A DNA stretch of 64,000 nucleotides. Origin: Octopus sinensis (taxonomy: Eukaryota). The DNA lies in assembly GCF_006345805.1 (NCBI RefSeq), contig NC_043000.1, positions 82,150,001 to 82,214,000 on the forward strand, given 5' to 3'. This document shows positions 26,969 to 40,144 of the stretch, piece after piece (positions within the stretch are counted from its first letter, which is position 1; every line of letters starts with the position of its first letter). A program made the position numbers and the translations under genes. The notes under the pieces were generated by a model, which worked only from the letters and a program-made list of their open reading frames with translations, made no database searches and was not told the origin of the DNA.

Positions 26969-27213
26969 TATGTGTGTAAAATGCTTTATAATTTATTCAG
27001 AACAGAAAGCTTCGACATGTCACAATCGGTGGTGCTGAAAGGACAAACTCAACCAATTACGAATAGAAAGATGTCTTGCTAGGCTGCTAAGTAGGAACCT
27101 TGGAAACGTGTAGCAATTGTTGTCTGACACTCACAAACACACACACAAATGCACACACACACACACATGTGAGAGAGAGAGAGAGTGTGTGTGCTAGGTA
27201 GATAGATAGATAT

Positions 27214-27252
<39 letters not shown>

Positions 27253-27346
27253 CATACATACATACATACATACATACATACATACATGCATGCATACATA
27301 CATATATACATACATACATACATACATACATACATACATACATACA

Positions 27347-27375
<29 letters not shown>
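26350..27375. repeat. Cluster of (TA)n, (ACAT)n, (GT)n and (AGAT)n microsatellites
   Basis: Seen directly, with unique sequence at 26600-26875 and 26970-27130. Confidence 0.9.
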
Positions 27376-27377
<2 letters not shown>

Positions 27378-27614
27378 CGATAGTTGTATTTTTATTCAAA
27401 CTTATTTTCTGGAGTACTTACACTTTTAGGAACCTGCATTTCTCAATTACAGATTGTCACCTCTTTGAATTAAAATTATGCTATTCCCAGTCCGAACAGT
27501 GCTTTCATTCTAGAATTCTTAATAACGAACTTCCTTAGATTTAATATCCTAGTTAAATCTCTCTGTCTCTCTCTGTCTTTCTTTCTCTCTCTCTTTTTTT
27601 TTCTCTCTCTCTCA

Positions 27615-27646
<32 letters not shown>

Positions 27647-27937
27647 TCTCTATATATATATATATATATATATATACCTGTCTCTATCTCCCCGCTTCTA
27701 TCTCTCCATCCATGTTAATCATTTATAGGAAAGATATCTAGAGGTGAATTGAAGAAACATAATTAAGGGAACATATGAGAACATTTACCTTTGAAAGTCT
27801 TCATCAGCTTCTGAGGTCCATTGCAAAAAAAAAGTTTAAATCCATTTAAAAAAGCATGTCACAGGCACTGAGAATATTTTTATCGTCTAATACCTCTCAG
27901 ATTAGAAGCACACTAAAATTTCCCCTCATCATCGTTG

Positions 27938-27977
<40 letters not shown>

Positions 27978-27984
27978 TATTATT

Positions 27985-28253
27985 ATTGTCCGAAAATCGA
28001 ATTAGCAGAATTGTTAGATCGACAGGCAATTTTTTTTAATGGTGACGAGCTGGAAGAATTGTTAGAACGTTGGGGGAAATGCTTAGTGGCATTTCGATCG
28101 TCTTTACGTTCTGAGTTCAAATTCCTCCGCGGTTAATTTTACCATTCATCCTTTCAGGGTCGATAAAATAAGATCCAGTTGAACACTGGAGTTGATGTAA
28201 TCGAATAGTCCCCTCTCCCCAAATTACTGCTCTTTTGGCAAAATCTGAAAACA

Positions 28254-28255
<2 letters not shown>
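27985..28255 (+). mobile_element. Decayed SINE family B followed by (TAT)n
   Basis: GAAATGCTTAG..GTTCTGAGTTCAAATTCC..TCATCCTTTCAGGGTCGATAAAATAAG. Confidence 0.8.
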
Positions 28256-28321
<66 letters not shown>

Positions 28322-28374
28322 TGTAACATTTGATTTGGGAAATATTTTAAAGAGGAATTATAATTCATTTGAAT

Positions 28375-29130
28375 GATTTTTACAAATGACCTCAACAAGC
28401 ATCTTCACATTAGGCTTGGCTTGCAATATCTTCTTCGAATCAGCTATAGGAACTTGTTGAGTATTATTTGTTAGAGGAATATACGGAGACGTAGTTGGTA
28501 ATGCTTTTCATTCGTAATACTCCGTTATAACAGGCCGTCGAGAAAGGAAGCATCAGTGTTTGATGAATCCCCCTTGTGTGCCCATAAACACTGCCTTTAT
28601 TTTAAGATGTCCACACAGGTTCCACTGGTGATCGTTGTATTTCATTTAAAATGACCTCCATGCTAACATAAGATTCTTTTAAATGCACTGAATCAGCGAT
28701 GGGGATAGATGGCTTTAAATTTCCATTTTATAATGCTTGAGATTTTAAACTTTATAGTGATGAATCTATAACAAATTGCCATTAACTTACAATATTCCTT
28801 TAAGATAAATCTGATAAAATTTCATTAATATGGTAACAATAACAGAGAAACCATCCTCTTTGAAATCAACTGCTGAATCAAACTTTTACTTTCTATAGTA
28901 ATTCAATGCCAGATTTTCTTTAAGTGCTTTTACTTGAAAGGAGAGGCAAGACGCTCTGTTTTATATTTTGACATTGTTATTTCCCTAATAACATCGTTCA
29001 AATTTACTTCTGTCCAGAAAGCCACCAGCAATTGCAATTGCAATATCATCAGTGTTTAATTCGCCTTCAATAATGTGGAGTTGAGCCCATTTTGAGGAGG
29101 AATAGAAATAGACGGTGATACATCATGCGA
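28375..29130 (-). pseudogene. Decayed Chapaev3-like (CMC superfamily) transposase fragment
   Basis: Minus-strand pieces LNDVIREITMSKYKTERLAS, KPSIPIADSVHLKESY, HQWNLCGHLK..FMGTQGGF resemble the LNDLVRDL.LSK / PSIPIAHSVHLKE / QWNICGDLK motifs I recall for Chapaev3. Confidence 0.6.
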
Positions 29131-29532
29131 TGCAGGTCGACACGCAGATTCCAATTTAGAAGTCAAGGGCAATGATTTTGTGCCTGTTTGTCGCGCGACC
29201 CCCTTTAAAAAAGAATTGAAAACTGTTTCTAGCAATACAAAAATAGTAGTGATTAAGGTGATCTTTCTAATTTCTTCAAATCATTCGTACAGCAAAAGCC
29301 ACTCGTGCAAATCAGTTGAATATATACTGGACTAATTTCATGAGATGCCTATAACTTGTCTTGATCACCTATATAGACTGATATTTTAAGACCTGTCTTG
29401 ATATGTAATCATTAGGATAAAGCTGTGGCGTTATTAGCACAAACATCGAAATAAAGGTCTGAATGATCCTTTCTTTATATAAGCACGTTGAGGTACATTG
29501 TCTAGGGCATGTTAATAATATTGAAGATATGA

Positions 29533-29925
29533 GGCGGCGAGCTGGCAGAAACGGTAGCACGCCGGGCGAAATGCTTAGCAGTATTTCGTCTGTTGCTACG
29601 TTCAGAGTTCAAATTCCGCCGAGGTCGACTTTGCCTTTCATCCTTTCGGGGTCGATTAAATAAGTACCAGTTACGCACTGGGTCGATATAATCGACTTAA
29701 TCCTTTTGATTGTCCTTGTTCGTCCCCTCTGTGTTTAGCCCCTTGTGGGTAGTAAAGAAATAGGTATTTTGTCTTTACGTTTTTGAGTTCAAATTCTGCT
29801 AAGGTCGACTTTGCCTTTCATCCTTTCGGGGTCGATAAATTAAGTACCAATTGCGTACTGGGGTCGATCTAATCGACTGGCCCCTTCCCCCCAAATTTCG
29901 GGCCTTGTAACTAGAGTAGAAAAGA
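29533..29925 (+). mobile_element. Dimeric SINE family B (head, body, linker, second body)
   Basis: GGCGGCGAGCTGGCAGAAACGGTAGC; the body GAGTTCAAATTC..GTCGACTTTGCC occurs twice. Confidence 0.9.
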
Positions 29926-30028
29926 ATAATATAGTAGATGATACATTATATTTAAGCACTTATCAGTATATTCATATGTGAGTTAACTCATACATATAAT
30001 ATTATATAAATATAATATTAGAATGCAC

Positions 30029-30063
<35 letters not shown>

Positions 30064-30574
30064 TATATATATATATATATGTATATATATAGTGCGTAAC
30101 ACTGCATCCATTAGAAGAAATGAAAGAATAGAAATATTACAAAACTTTACTCTAAGTGCAACCAACAAGAATGTATACCTATTCTTTCTATACTATTAAT
30201 GTGCTGTGTGTGGGGGTGGGTGGAAAGAAACTCGCGATGAAACGTTTCGCGTTTTGTTGACTACACCTCATAAAATATGTACCTGAAATCCCTTCCTCAA
30301 TAAGTAGCATCAGTCGACTGCTATATATCGTAGTCGCATATAAGGCGAACGCAGTAGTGGCTGGCCTAATTTGCATTATTCCGTTTTGACGGTTCGTCAT
30401 TCAACAATATCTGTAACACAGCACAGCGCAAATCAGAAGAACTCTAATGGATTTAAATATTCCAAAGCTTCATTGTGGGTGTAACAGGAATGCAAATACA
30501 GTTATTTTATGACGTTGATGGATGGGAAAAAAGAGGGAGAAATTCACTTGACTCAACGTTATATGTATGTGCTT

Positions 30575-30780
30575 GTGCTTATGTGTGTGTGTGTGCGTGT
30601 CTTTTACTTGTTTTAATCAACGGACTGTAATCATGCCGAGCACCCACTTGAAAATTTTTTAGTCGAATGAATCGACCCCAGTAGATTATTTTGCCTAATC
30701 GCAAAGTTACGGAGGCGTAAACACACCAAGACAAATTGTCAAACAGTGGTGGGGTACAAACACAGACACATACACGCACA
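30575..30780 (-). mobile_element. SINE family A, 3' half
   Basis: Reverse complement of the family-A 3' region. Confidence 0.7.
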
Positions 30781-30789
30781 TATATATTA

Positions 30790-31085
30790 TTTTTATTCGT
30801 GTTATCATTATTGTTTTTACGTGTTTTTGTATTTTTATTCGTGTAACATCGTCCGGTTTTCCGTCCTTGTTTTATATACATTCGAGGCTTTCTTCCAAGG
30901 AATCTAATGCGCTTGGCTTAGATTTTCCTTTGGAGCTGGCCAAATCGGAGCAATCTCAAGATTAATCAGCCGAAATTGCGAGGATGATCCGGTTCTTGAC
31001 TGAAGATTGAAGGCTTCGAATGTCCCGTCCGTGTTTTTTGTATCGTCTTCTAAATGTTTCACGTTCTTGTCCCAGTTTGTATTTT
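30790..31085 (+). mobile_element. Solo pLTR-type repeat fragment ending at (TA)n
   Basis: CCAAGGAATCTAATGCG..GGAGCAAT..CAGCCGAAATT..GACTGAAGATTGAAGGCTTCGAATG is shared with the 33.9-37.1 kb array and with 37630-37770 (minus). Confidence 0.65.
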
Positions 31086-31093
31086 TTTACATT

Positions 31094-31152
<59 letters not shown>

Positions 31153-31158
<6 letters not shown>

Positions 31159-31447
31159 ATCACGTGACCGACCAGGCTATCAGATGTTGCTACACATCGC
31201 TGGTGACAATGCGTCTTGGCATTGTTTTAGCCGTCAAATGACGCCACCCCGCTGGCTAAGCGACCAGGCCAACAGAAGAAAGAGTGAGAGAAAGTTGTGG
31301 CGAAAGAGTACAGCAGGGATCGCCACCACCCCCTGCCGGAGCCTCGTGGAGCTTTAGGTGTTTTCGCTCAACAAACACTCACAACGCCCGTTCTGGGAAT
31401 CGAAACCGCGAGTCCGGTGCCCTTACCACTGGACCATTGCGCCTCCA
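31153..31447 (-). mobile_element. tRNA-derived SINE (family D)
   Basis: Minus strand: GGAGGCGCAATGGTCCAGTGGTAAGGGC (A box), GGTTTCGATTCCC (B box), 3' tail ending CACGTGATCACGTGA at (TA)n. Confidence 0.85.
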
Positions 31448-31492
<45 letters not shown>

Positions 31493-31496
31493 CATA

Positions 31497-31640
31497 CAAC
31501 GGGCTTCTTTCAGTTTCCGTCGCACAAATCTACGCACAAGGCTTTAGACGGTCGTAGGCTAAGTATATACCACGCAGTAGGACTGAACCCTGATGCACGT
31601 GGTTGAGAAGCAAGCTTCTTACTACAGACACGCCTGTGCC
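31497..31640 (-). mobile_element. SINE family A, 5' half
   Basis: Reverse complement of the family-A head. Confidence 0.8.
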
Positions 31641-32214
31641 TATCGTATACTGTGTATTCATAGTATGTTTATTGTATGTTCATGGTTGGTTTATTTTATA
31701 GCTTACGTATACTTAAAACGTGTTTAAGGTATGTGTACTCTATTCATGTTTATTTAATGCATATTTGATATACTTTTTAGTTTTTGTCTTCACTATGAAC
31801 TTTATGTACTCTTTGAAATGTGTCTATGCTCTCCAAACAGGAGTTCACAAAGTACCAGCCACATAATGGAGGATGATGTATTTTCAAGGAAATGTAAACG
31901 ACAAATATGGGACAGGGAAACAAATTTGGGACATCTGTAGGTGAGATGAATCAACAGTCTTAATCGATTCAACGTTGCTACTTAAAAAAGAAATTTAATC
32001 CGGAATTTCAAGCAATTACCTTAATACGTCGAATTATCTTAATCAAAGAAAACAATTCATCTCTTCAGAGGATTTCTGATCCCTGTTAAGTCCTTTAATC
32101 CATTATGAATAAAGCCATCATTCTAACTTAGCCTTCTAATTGAGATTTAAATGCTCCTTAACATTGCAGTAAATGTACATAACACTGCGGTAAATATCCA
32201 TTAACAGCAGTTCA

Positions 32215-32928
32215 AGACATACATACACATATACATACATAAATACATACATACATACATACATACATGTATGCATACATACATACATACATACATTCAT
32301 CCATACATACATACATACATATGTAAACATACATACATATATGCATTCGTACCTACATGCTTTTATGCATGCATACATACATTCATACCTGCATACATAC
32401 ATGCATACATGAATACATACATACATACATACACACATATGTACATACATGCATACATACATTAATGCATACATTTATGTATATATATATATATATATAC
32501 ATTCATACATACATACATACATTCATATATACATACATCCATTCATAATACATACATGCATACATACACATACACATGCATGTATGCATACATACATACA
32601 CATACATTTGCAGGCAGGCATGCATACAGACAGACAGACGTGCATGTATGTATGCATATACACATTGCTTAGTGGTTAATGCATTGCATTTACGATCGCT
32701 GTGCGTTGTTCTTGAGCAAAACACTTCGTTTCACGTTGCTCAGAGATCATTTTGACATCTGACTCGTGGCACACTTGCGCACTTACACAGGCAATGCGGA
32801 TTTGATAGAAGAAGTGAGTTTATGTAAGCACAAGCATTTGATCACTATAAACAAAACATTTGCGTGGTTGTTTAGCAAGAAATCGCGGAACCCTCATCCG
32901 TCGTCCTACGACGGAAGAGTCCACATTG

Positions 32929-32996
<68 letters not shown>

Positions 32997-32997
32997 A

Positions 32998-33072
<75 letters not shown>

Positions 33073-33073
33073 A

Positions 33074-33119
<46 letters not shown>

Positions 33120-33160
33120 GTCTGTCTCTCTGTATGTCGGTCTGTATGTATGTATGTATG
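32215..33160. repeat. Degenerate (ACAT)n and (TATC)n tracts flanking a decayed family-C SINE (32665-32925)
   Basis: Seen directly; the SINE has TGCTTAGTGGTT, TTGAGCAAAACACTT and a tail similar to 4960-4990. Confidence 0.8.
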
Positions 33161-33659
33161 AGTATCTGTCTATTTCTTTCTTTATGTCACGCTATCAGTA
33201 TATCTATGTTTTTCTTCGCATTTTCATATATATATGAATGTTGGAGTGCGCATGTGTGTATCTTTGTATGTATGCGTACGTATATATCTATTTATTATTG
33301 TGGGCATTGAAACGTCTTATTGAAACACTGCCTAGCAAGTTCGTTTTACTGTATGGGCATACTAGACAGTTGCTCAGTGTTCTCGCGATTTTAGGGACCT
33401 CGTGTTTTATTTGAAAAATTATAAGTTAGCCTCAGTATTATTACTGTAGCTGCTTCTGTTTTTGTCGTCGTTGTTATTGTTTTACTCAGATCAGTCGAGA
33501 TCGAACATCCCCATGGCACACAAATAGCTGACTGACCTACAAGTTAGACTATGTTTCCGCTAGGCCGAGAAACCATAAAGAATATTCCGAGATGCGGTGC
33601 TGAACTCAATGAAATATGAGCGATAATGTGGTCGTATTGCACTCCAACGAATGTTGTAG

Positions 33660-33703
33660 CTGTTCCTGTGAACCGGCACACTCTGGAGATGATCACAGCG
33701 GTG
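33660..33703 (+). other. Candidate 44-nt exon (AVPVNRHTLEMITAV), unrecognised
   Basis: TGTAG acceptor with a weak pyrimidine tract; donor GTG|GTAGGC. Confidence 0.15.
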
Positions 33704-33911
33704 GTAGGCAAATTATACATGGTCGAAGTGCGACAGTTGCTTTTCTGCGTCTATTACACAGTATGGAGTTAGAGTTCAGTGAAGCTATCGATATTGTAAC
33801 TGTTTCAGTGTCTATTATATTTATTCATTTATTAGTATATTTATATGTGTGCGTGCACATACGTATAATATTATACAAATATAATATTTGAAATAAACAC
33901 ACACGCATATG

Positions 33912-36900
33912 TGTTTGTTGTTGTTGTGTTTTTGTCTCATTTGGTCTAAAGTCGTATGACAACCATCGTTATATATGTTTTGTTTATTCATTACTGTTTT
34001 CAATTTCGTTTTCGTCTCTTGTATTCACATCCGTCTTGTGCGTTCACATTCCTGTCTTCTACCAAGAAATCTAATGCTTACAGCTTAGTTTTTTTCTTGG
34101 GGCTGGCCGAGTTGGAGCAAATTCAGAATTGAACAGCCGAAATTTGCTATGATGATTCGGTGTCTGACTGAAGATTGAAGGCTTCGAATGATTGTCTGTG
34201 TTCCGTGTTCGTCCCTTCCTGTATTTCACGTTCATTATATATAAAAACATTCATTCTTATATTATTGCGGCGTTACGTGCACCCCCCCCCGTTTGTTTGT
34301 CCAATTTTAAACCCTGCACGACTTCTATACACACTGTCTTTTACTACCCGCCATTGCTTCTTCACCAAACTTTTTGCGCCCTCCGATTCTTCCCCTCTCT
34401 TCCTCCCCTCTTCCTCCCATCCTCCTTAATCCCTTCTTTCTCCTTTCTCTTGGTCACTGATTCTGTCCCCTGCCTTCCAGCCTCTTTGATTCCCTCTCTC
34501 TCTGTCTCTCTTTTTCTCTCTCTCCTGCGACCTGCTGCTTCTTAAACCATTCTGTTGGCCTTCGTATCTCGACCAACATTTGTCCCCGCTACCGAAACGG
34601 TAATTATTTCTACGCCAGCTATGTTGTTGTTGTGTTTTTGTCTCATTTGGTCTAAAGTCGTATGACAACCATCGTTATATATGTTTTGTTTATTCATTAC
34701 TGTTTTCAATTTCGTTTTCGTCTCTTGTATTCACATCCGTCTTGTGCGTTCACATTCCTGTCTTCTACCAAGAAATCTAATGCTTACAGCTTAGTTTTTT
34801 TCTTGGGGCTGGCCGAGTTGGAGCAAATATCAGAATTGAACAGCCGAAATTTGCTATGATGATTCGGTGTCTGACTGAAGATTGAAGGCTTCGAATGATT
34901 TGTCTGTGTTCCGTGTTCGTCCCTTCCTGTATTTCACGTTCATTATATATAAAAACATTCATTCTTATATTATTGCGGCGTTACGTGCACCCCCCCCGTT
35001 TGTTTGTCCAATTTTAAACCCTGCACGACTTCTATACACACTGTCTTTTACTACCCGCCATTGCTTCTTCACCAAACTTTTTGGCGCCCTCCGATTCTTC
35101 CCCTCTCTTCCTCCCATCCTCCTTAATCCCTTCTTTCTCCTTTTCTCTTGGTCACTGATTCTGTCCCCTGCCTTCCAGCCTCTTTGATTCCCTCTCTCTC
35201 TGTCTCTCTTTTTCTCTCTCTCCTGCGACCTGCTGCTTCTTAAACCATTCTGTTGGCCTTCGTATCTCGACCAACATGTGTCCCCGCTACCGAAACGGTA
35301 ATTATTTCTACGCCAGCTATGTTGTTGTTGTGTTTTTGTCTCATTTGGTCTAAAGTCGTATGACAACCATCGTTATATATGTTTTGTTTATTCATTACTG
35401 TTTTCAATTTCGTTTTCGTCTCTTGTATTCACATCCGTCTTGTGCGTTCACATTCCTGTCTTCTACCAAGAAATCTAATGCTTACAGCTTAGTTTTTTTC
35501 TTGGGGCTGGCCGAGTTGGAGCAAATATCAGAATTGAACAGCCGAAATTTGCTATGATGATTCGGTGTCTGACTGAAGATTGAAGGCTTCGAATGATTTG
35601 TCTGTGTTCCGTGTTCGTCCCTTCCTGTATTTCACGTTCATTATATATAAAAACATTCATTCTTATATTATTGCGGCGTTACGTGCACCCCCCCCCGTTT
35701 GTTGTCCAATTTTAAACCCTGCACGACTTCTATACACACTGTCTTTTACTACCCGCCATTGCTTCTTCACACCAACTTTTTGGCGCCCTCCGATTCTCCC
35801 CTCTCTTCCTCCCCTCTTCCTCCCATCCTCCTTAATCCCTTCTTTCTCTTTTCTCTTGGTCACTGATTCTGTCCCCTGCCTTCCAGCCTCTTTGATTCCC
35901 TCTCTCTCTGTCTCTCTTTTTCTCTCTCTCCTGCGACCTGCTGCTTCTTAAACCATTCTGTTGGCCTTCGTATCTCGACCAACATGTGTCCCCGCTACCG
36001 AAACGGTAATTATTTCTACGCCAGCTATGTTGTTGTTGTGTTTTTGTCTCATTTGGTCTAAAGTCGTATGACAACCATCGTTATATATGTTTTGTTTATT
36101 CATTACTGTTTTCAATTTCGTTTTCGTCTCTTGTATTCACATCCGTCTTGTGCGTTCACATTCCTGTCTTCTACCAAGAAATCTAATGCTTACAGCTTAG
36201 TTTTTTTCTTGGGGCTGGCCGAGTTGGAGCAAATATCAGAATTGAACAGCCGAAATTTGCTATGATGATTCGGTGTCTGACTGAAGATTGAAGGCTTCGA
36301 ATGATTTGTCTGTGTTCCGTGTTCGTCCCTTCCTGTATTTCACGTTCATTATATATAAAAACATTCATTCTTATATTATTGCGGCGTTACGTGCACCCCC
36401 CCCCGTTTGTTGTCCAATTTTAAACCCTGCACGACTTCTATACACACTGTCTTTTACTACCCGCCATTGCTTCTTCACCAAACTTTTTGGCGCCCTCCGA
36501 TTCTTCCCCTCTCTTCCTCCCCTCTTCCTCCCATCCTCCTTAATCCCTTCTTTCTCCTTTTCTCTTGGTCACTGATTCTGTCCCCTGCCTTCCAGCCTCT
36601 TTGATTCCCTCTCTCTCTCTCTCTCTTTTTCTCTCTCTCCTGCGACCTGCTGCTTCTTAAACCATTCTGTTGGCCTTCGTATCTCGACCAACATGTGTCC
36701 CCCTACCGAAACGGTAATTATTTCTACGCCAGCTATGTTTTGTTGTTGTGTTTTTGTCTCATTTGGTCTAAAGTCGTATGACAACCATCGTTATATATGT
36801 TGTTTATTCATTACTGTTTTCAATTTCGTTTTCGTCTCTTGTATTCACATCCGTCTTGTGCGTTCACATTCCTGTCTTCTACCAAGAAATCTAATGCTTA

Positions 36901-37077
36901 CAGCTTAGTTTTTTTCTTGGGGCTGGCCGAGTTGGAGCAAATATCAGAATTGAACAGCCGAAATTTGCTATGATGATTCGGTGTCTGACTGAAGATTGAA
37001 GGCTTCGAATGATTTGTCTGTGTTCCGTGTTCGTCCCTTCCTGTATTTCACGTTCATTAATAATAAAAACATTCATT

Positions 37078-37083
<6 letters not shown>
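33912..37083. repeat. Tandem array of a ~705-bp pLTR-related unit, about 4.4 copies, ending in (TA)n
   Basis: GTCGTATGAC recurs at 33951, 34657, 35355, 36063 and 36773 (periods 706, 698, 708, 710). Copies differ mainly by small indels in homopolymer and CT tracts. Confidence 0.95.
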
Positions 37084-37126
<43 letters not shown>

Positions 37127-37162
37127 TATATATTATAATATATATATATATATATATGTATA

Positions 37163-37557
37163 CTAGCAGTATCGCCGGCGTTTTTCGGGTTTGTAAGGAA
37201 ATAACTATATAAGCATTTTTAGAGAGTTATAGTAAAAAAATAGCAAAAAATTGCATTAAAAATGGAAAACAAATGATGGTAATTTTTTTTTTAAATCGTT
37301 GACTCATCGTAGACATTTTTAGAGAGTTACTTCCCTTATATAATAGCGAAAAAATGCATTAAAATGGAAAAAAATGATGGTAAATTTTTTTTTAAATCAT
37401 AGACTCATCGTAGACGCGCGCTAATACCCAGAAGGGCTCGATATGTATCACGACTATAAGATACCCGATTTTGGTTAAACTGCACCGCAAAATGTGGGAG
37501 TAGTTAGGAATCTAAATCGTAGGAGACAGACACACAACTTCTCTTTTATATATAAAG
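37163..37557 (-). mobile_element. Non-autonomous Helitron
   Basis: Minus strand starts CTTTATATATAAAAG and ends with a CCCGAAAAACGCCGG hairpin followed by CTAG; internal ~100-bp duplication. Confidence 0.75.
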
Positions 37558-37559
37558 GT

Positions 37560-38250
37560 AAAGGAATACAAAGATGAGAAAGGACGCAAAACATCCAGAT
37601 AGATGATACAAAAAAAGTACAAGAAAAAACAAGGACGGGTCATTCGGAGTTTTCTTTCCACAGTTGAGTTCTAGATTATCTTTGCAATTTCGGCTGGTTA
37701 TATTCGAGATTGCTCCAATCTGGCCAGCCCCAAGGAAAAACTAAGCTAAGCGCATTAGATTCCTTAGAAGAAAGCAGTGAATGTATACAAAAACAAGGAC
37801 GGAAAAAAATGGAGAAATGGTACACAAATACAAATACAAACAACAGGACATTAACAAAAGGTGTCTTTCAACCAAGGACGAATTAAATTAAGCTGGCGTG
37901 TGTGGAAGTGAAGCCTTACGGCAGGGACATACGAGATGACAGGCATGGGGAGAAATATAGATGTTGCACGGATGGTAGTCGAACCAAGAAAGAAAGGTCA
38001 GGTTTGACCAAACACCGGTCACGTGGAGAGAGAGGAGAGAGGTAGAGGCAGATGGGTAGAAGACTTAGGGAGGGACGAGAAAAAAAGAAATAGGACAGAG
38101 TGAAGTGAAAGAGGAGGGAAGGTGAGAGTAATGAGAAATCCAGGAAATTTGAGAGAGGGGGAACGAAAGAAAGAAGAGTGGAAAGAACGAAGTAAGTGTG
38201 AAGGGGCTGATGGAAAGAAAGAAATAATGAAAGAATAAGAGAGTCGTACA
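37560..38250 (-). mobile_element. pLTR-type repeat fragment with polypyrimidine tract
   Basis: 37630-37770 is the reverse-strand homolog of 30895-31030. Confidence 0.6.
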
Positions 38251-38274
38251 AAATTTATATATATGTATATATAT

Positions 38275-38760
38275 ATCTGTTATATAAAATCCGTTCTGTC
38301 CGTCTGTTTCTTCTAGGATCTCGGGCACCCTCCATCCGATTGCGCTCAAATTTGATATGTAGATACCGACGGTATCAGCCTTGAAAAAAAATCACATAAA
38401 TCGATTTCAGGTGAGAATGCGATCGATAAAGCCGTAGGAACGTGCATTTGTACGCGCAAGTACATCAGCTGTTGCGATCGATACATTGGTGTACCCGGCC
38501 CAATTTCTTAATTGAAAAGAATCATCGGGTTTTCCACCCCATAAACTCTGCCTCAAGGTTGGAAGGCCCATTATTCTCCTCCGAAACTTGGAACCCCATG
38601 ACTTCGCAATGGCACTCGTTTGGTTCTCATCCAACTTTTGGATGACATTCTCGAGACAAAAGTTATCACAGATAAAGGAGCAGGAGATGTTGTTTTTATT
38701 TCCCGCATGCCATTGATTCCGTCGGACTGTGTTTACCACTAGATTTTCCATGCCTTGAAC
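38275..38760 (+). mobile_element. Helitron fragment (5' end plus PIF1 helicase C-terminal piece)
   Basis: TCTGTTATATAAAA..CTGTCCGTCTG start; GFPPHKLCLKVGRPIILLRNL..NGTRLV..ITDKGAGDVVFI.RMPLIPSD. Confidence 0.8.
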
Positions 38761-39377
38761 ATCTCGTAAAGTAAGTTAGCTTAAAATAAGTTACTTAGTT
38801 CCCTAGGCTGTTGCTTTTTATCAAAAATCGCCCCAAGTTGATTTCCTACATGTTTTATCAGATAAACTTATTTCCCAGGTACGTTCTCATAAATTCATCA
38901 TGCTTTTCCATCGAGATTACCTCCAGCTAACCCATTTGCATGCATCGTTTTTGTCCTGCTTTTCTTTCGTCAACCTGTACATAACTGCACCTTCCATTTT
39001 TGTTGTTTTTGTACTGCTTAAAGGCATGTTTCTTTCCTGCCAAGATTACTGTTTAAACCATGTTTGTGTTCTCCCAGTCAACAGCCTTATCATTAATGGT
39101 ACTTTAAACTCTTCGGTTGCATATTTGTGTGAATAAAATTGTTTTTTTTGGAATAGAAAAAAGTCTATCTTTATTTCTTCTTTTGCTGGTGTCTCAAATT
39201 TAGGTTAAATCAGTGTTTCTCAAAGGGGAAAACCTATGGGACGGTCGGACAAGTTGTTCTGAGAAAATTTGGTTTAAATGTTTGACAACTCAGCACCGTC
39301 CACTGGACGTGGGGCGTTGTATATATACAAGCAAGCTACTTTACCACACAGCCATTCCTGCACCTATATCATATATC

Positions 39378-39955
39378 GGTCGACTTTGCCTTTCATCCTT
39401 TCGGGGTCAATAAATTAAGTACCAGTTACGCACCGGGGTCGATGTAATCGACTTAATCCCTTTGTCTGTCCTTGTTTGTCCCCGCTATGTTTAGCCCCTT
39501 GTGGGTAGTAAAGAAATAAGAATCGATAGTATGCCAGGTGAAATGCTTAGCAGCATTTCATTCGCCTTTACGTTCTGAGTTCAAATTTCGCCGAGGTCGA
39601 CTATGCCTTTCATTCTGTCAGGGTCTATAAAATAAGTACCAGTTAAACACTAGAATCGACTTACCACTTTCCCCAAAACTACTGACCTTGCGCCAAAATT
39701 TGGAACCAATATTATCGCAAAACTGAAGGCGGCGAGCTAGCAGAATCGTTAGCAAGCCGGGCAAAAATGCTTAGGAAGTATTTCGTCCGTCTTTACGTTC
39801 TGAGTTCAAATTCCACCGAAGAACACTTTGCCTTTCATCCTTTCGAAGTCGATAAAATAAGTACCAGCTGAGTGCTGGGGTTGATGCAATCGACTCATTC
39901 CCTTCTTCAAGCATGCTGGCCTTATGCCAAAATTTTGAAATCAATATCATCGCAA
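39378..39955 (+). mobile_element. Cluster of family-B SINE pieces (about 3)
   Basis: Repeated GTCGACTTTGCCTTTCATCC and GTTCTGAGTTCAAAT blocks. Confidence 0.85.
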
Positions 39956-40144
39956 AACTGATTACTGATATTCTGTATATTTTGTTACGTTAGTTATTCA
40001 AATACAGTATGAACCATTCATAATATCGGTATGTATTCGATTGTTGGGCATAAAATATAGAAGTAATTATGGCGGTGCGTGGACCATGACCTCTCACACA
40101 GTTGTAAAGCAGCCAAAACGTGACATTTTCATCTGTATTAACAG

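Noticed and set aside
32015-32075. Minus-strand CTGAAGA..GAATT/AATTC..GACGTA
   Set aside because: GAAA is missing and there is no stem I; too degenerate to call.
34160-34200. CTGAAGA-TTGAAGGCTTC-GAATG in each array unit (also at 31003) as a hammerhead
   Set aside because: GAAT instead of GAAA, no U16.1/H17 site and no pairing stem I; kept only as a lead.
33912-37083. Repeated short ORFs (MTTIVIY.., MSYDFRP..) as a tandem gene family
   Set aside because: ORF boundaries shift between copies with indels, and the peptides derive from low-complexity tracts.
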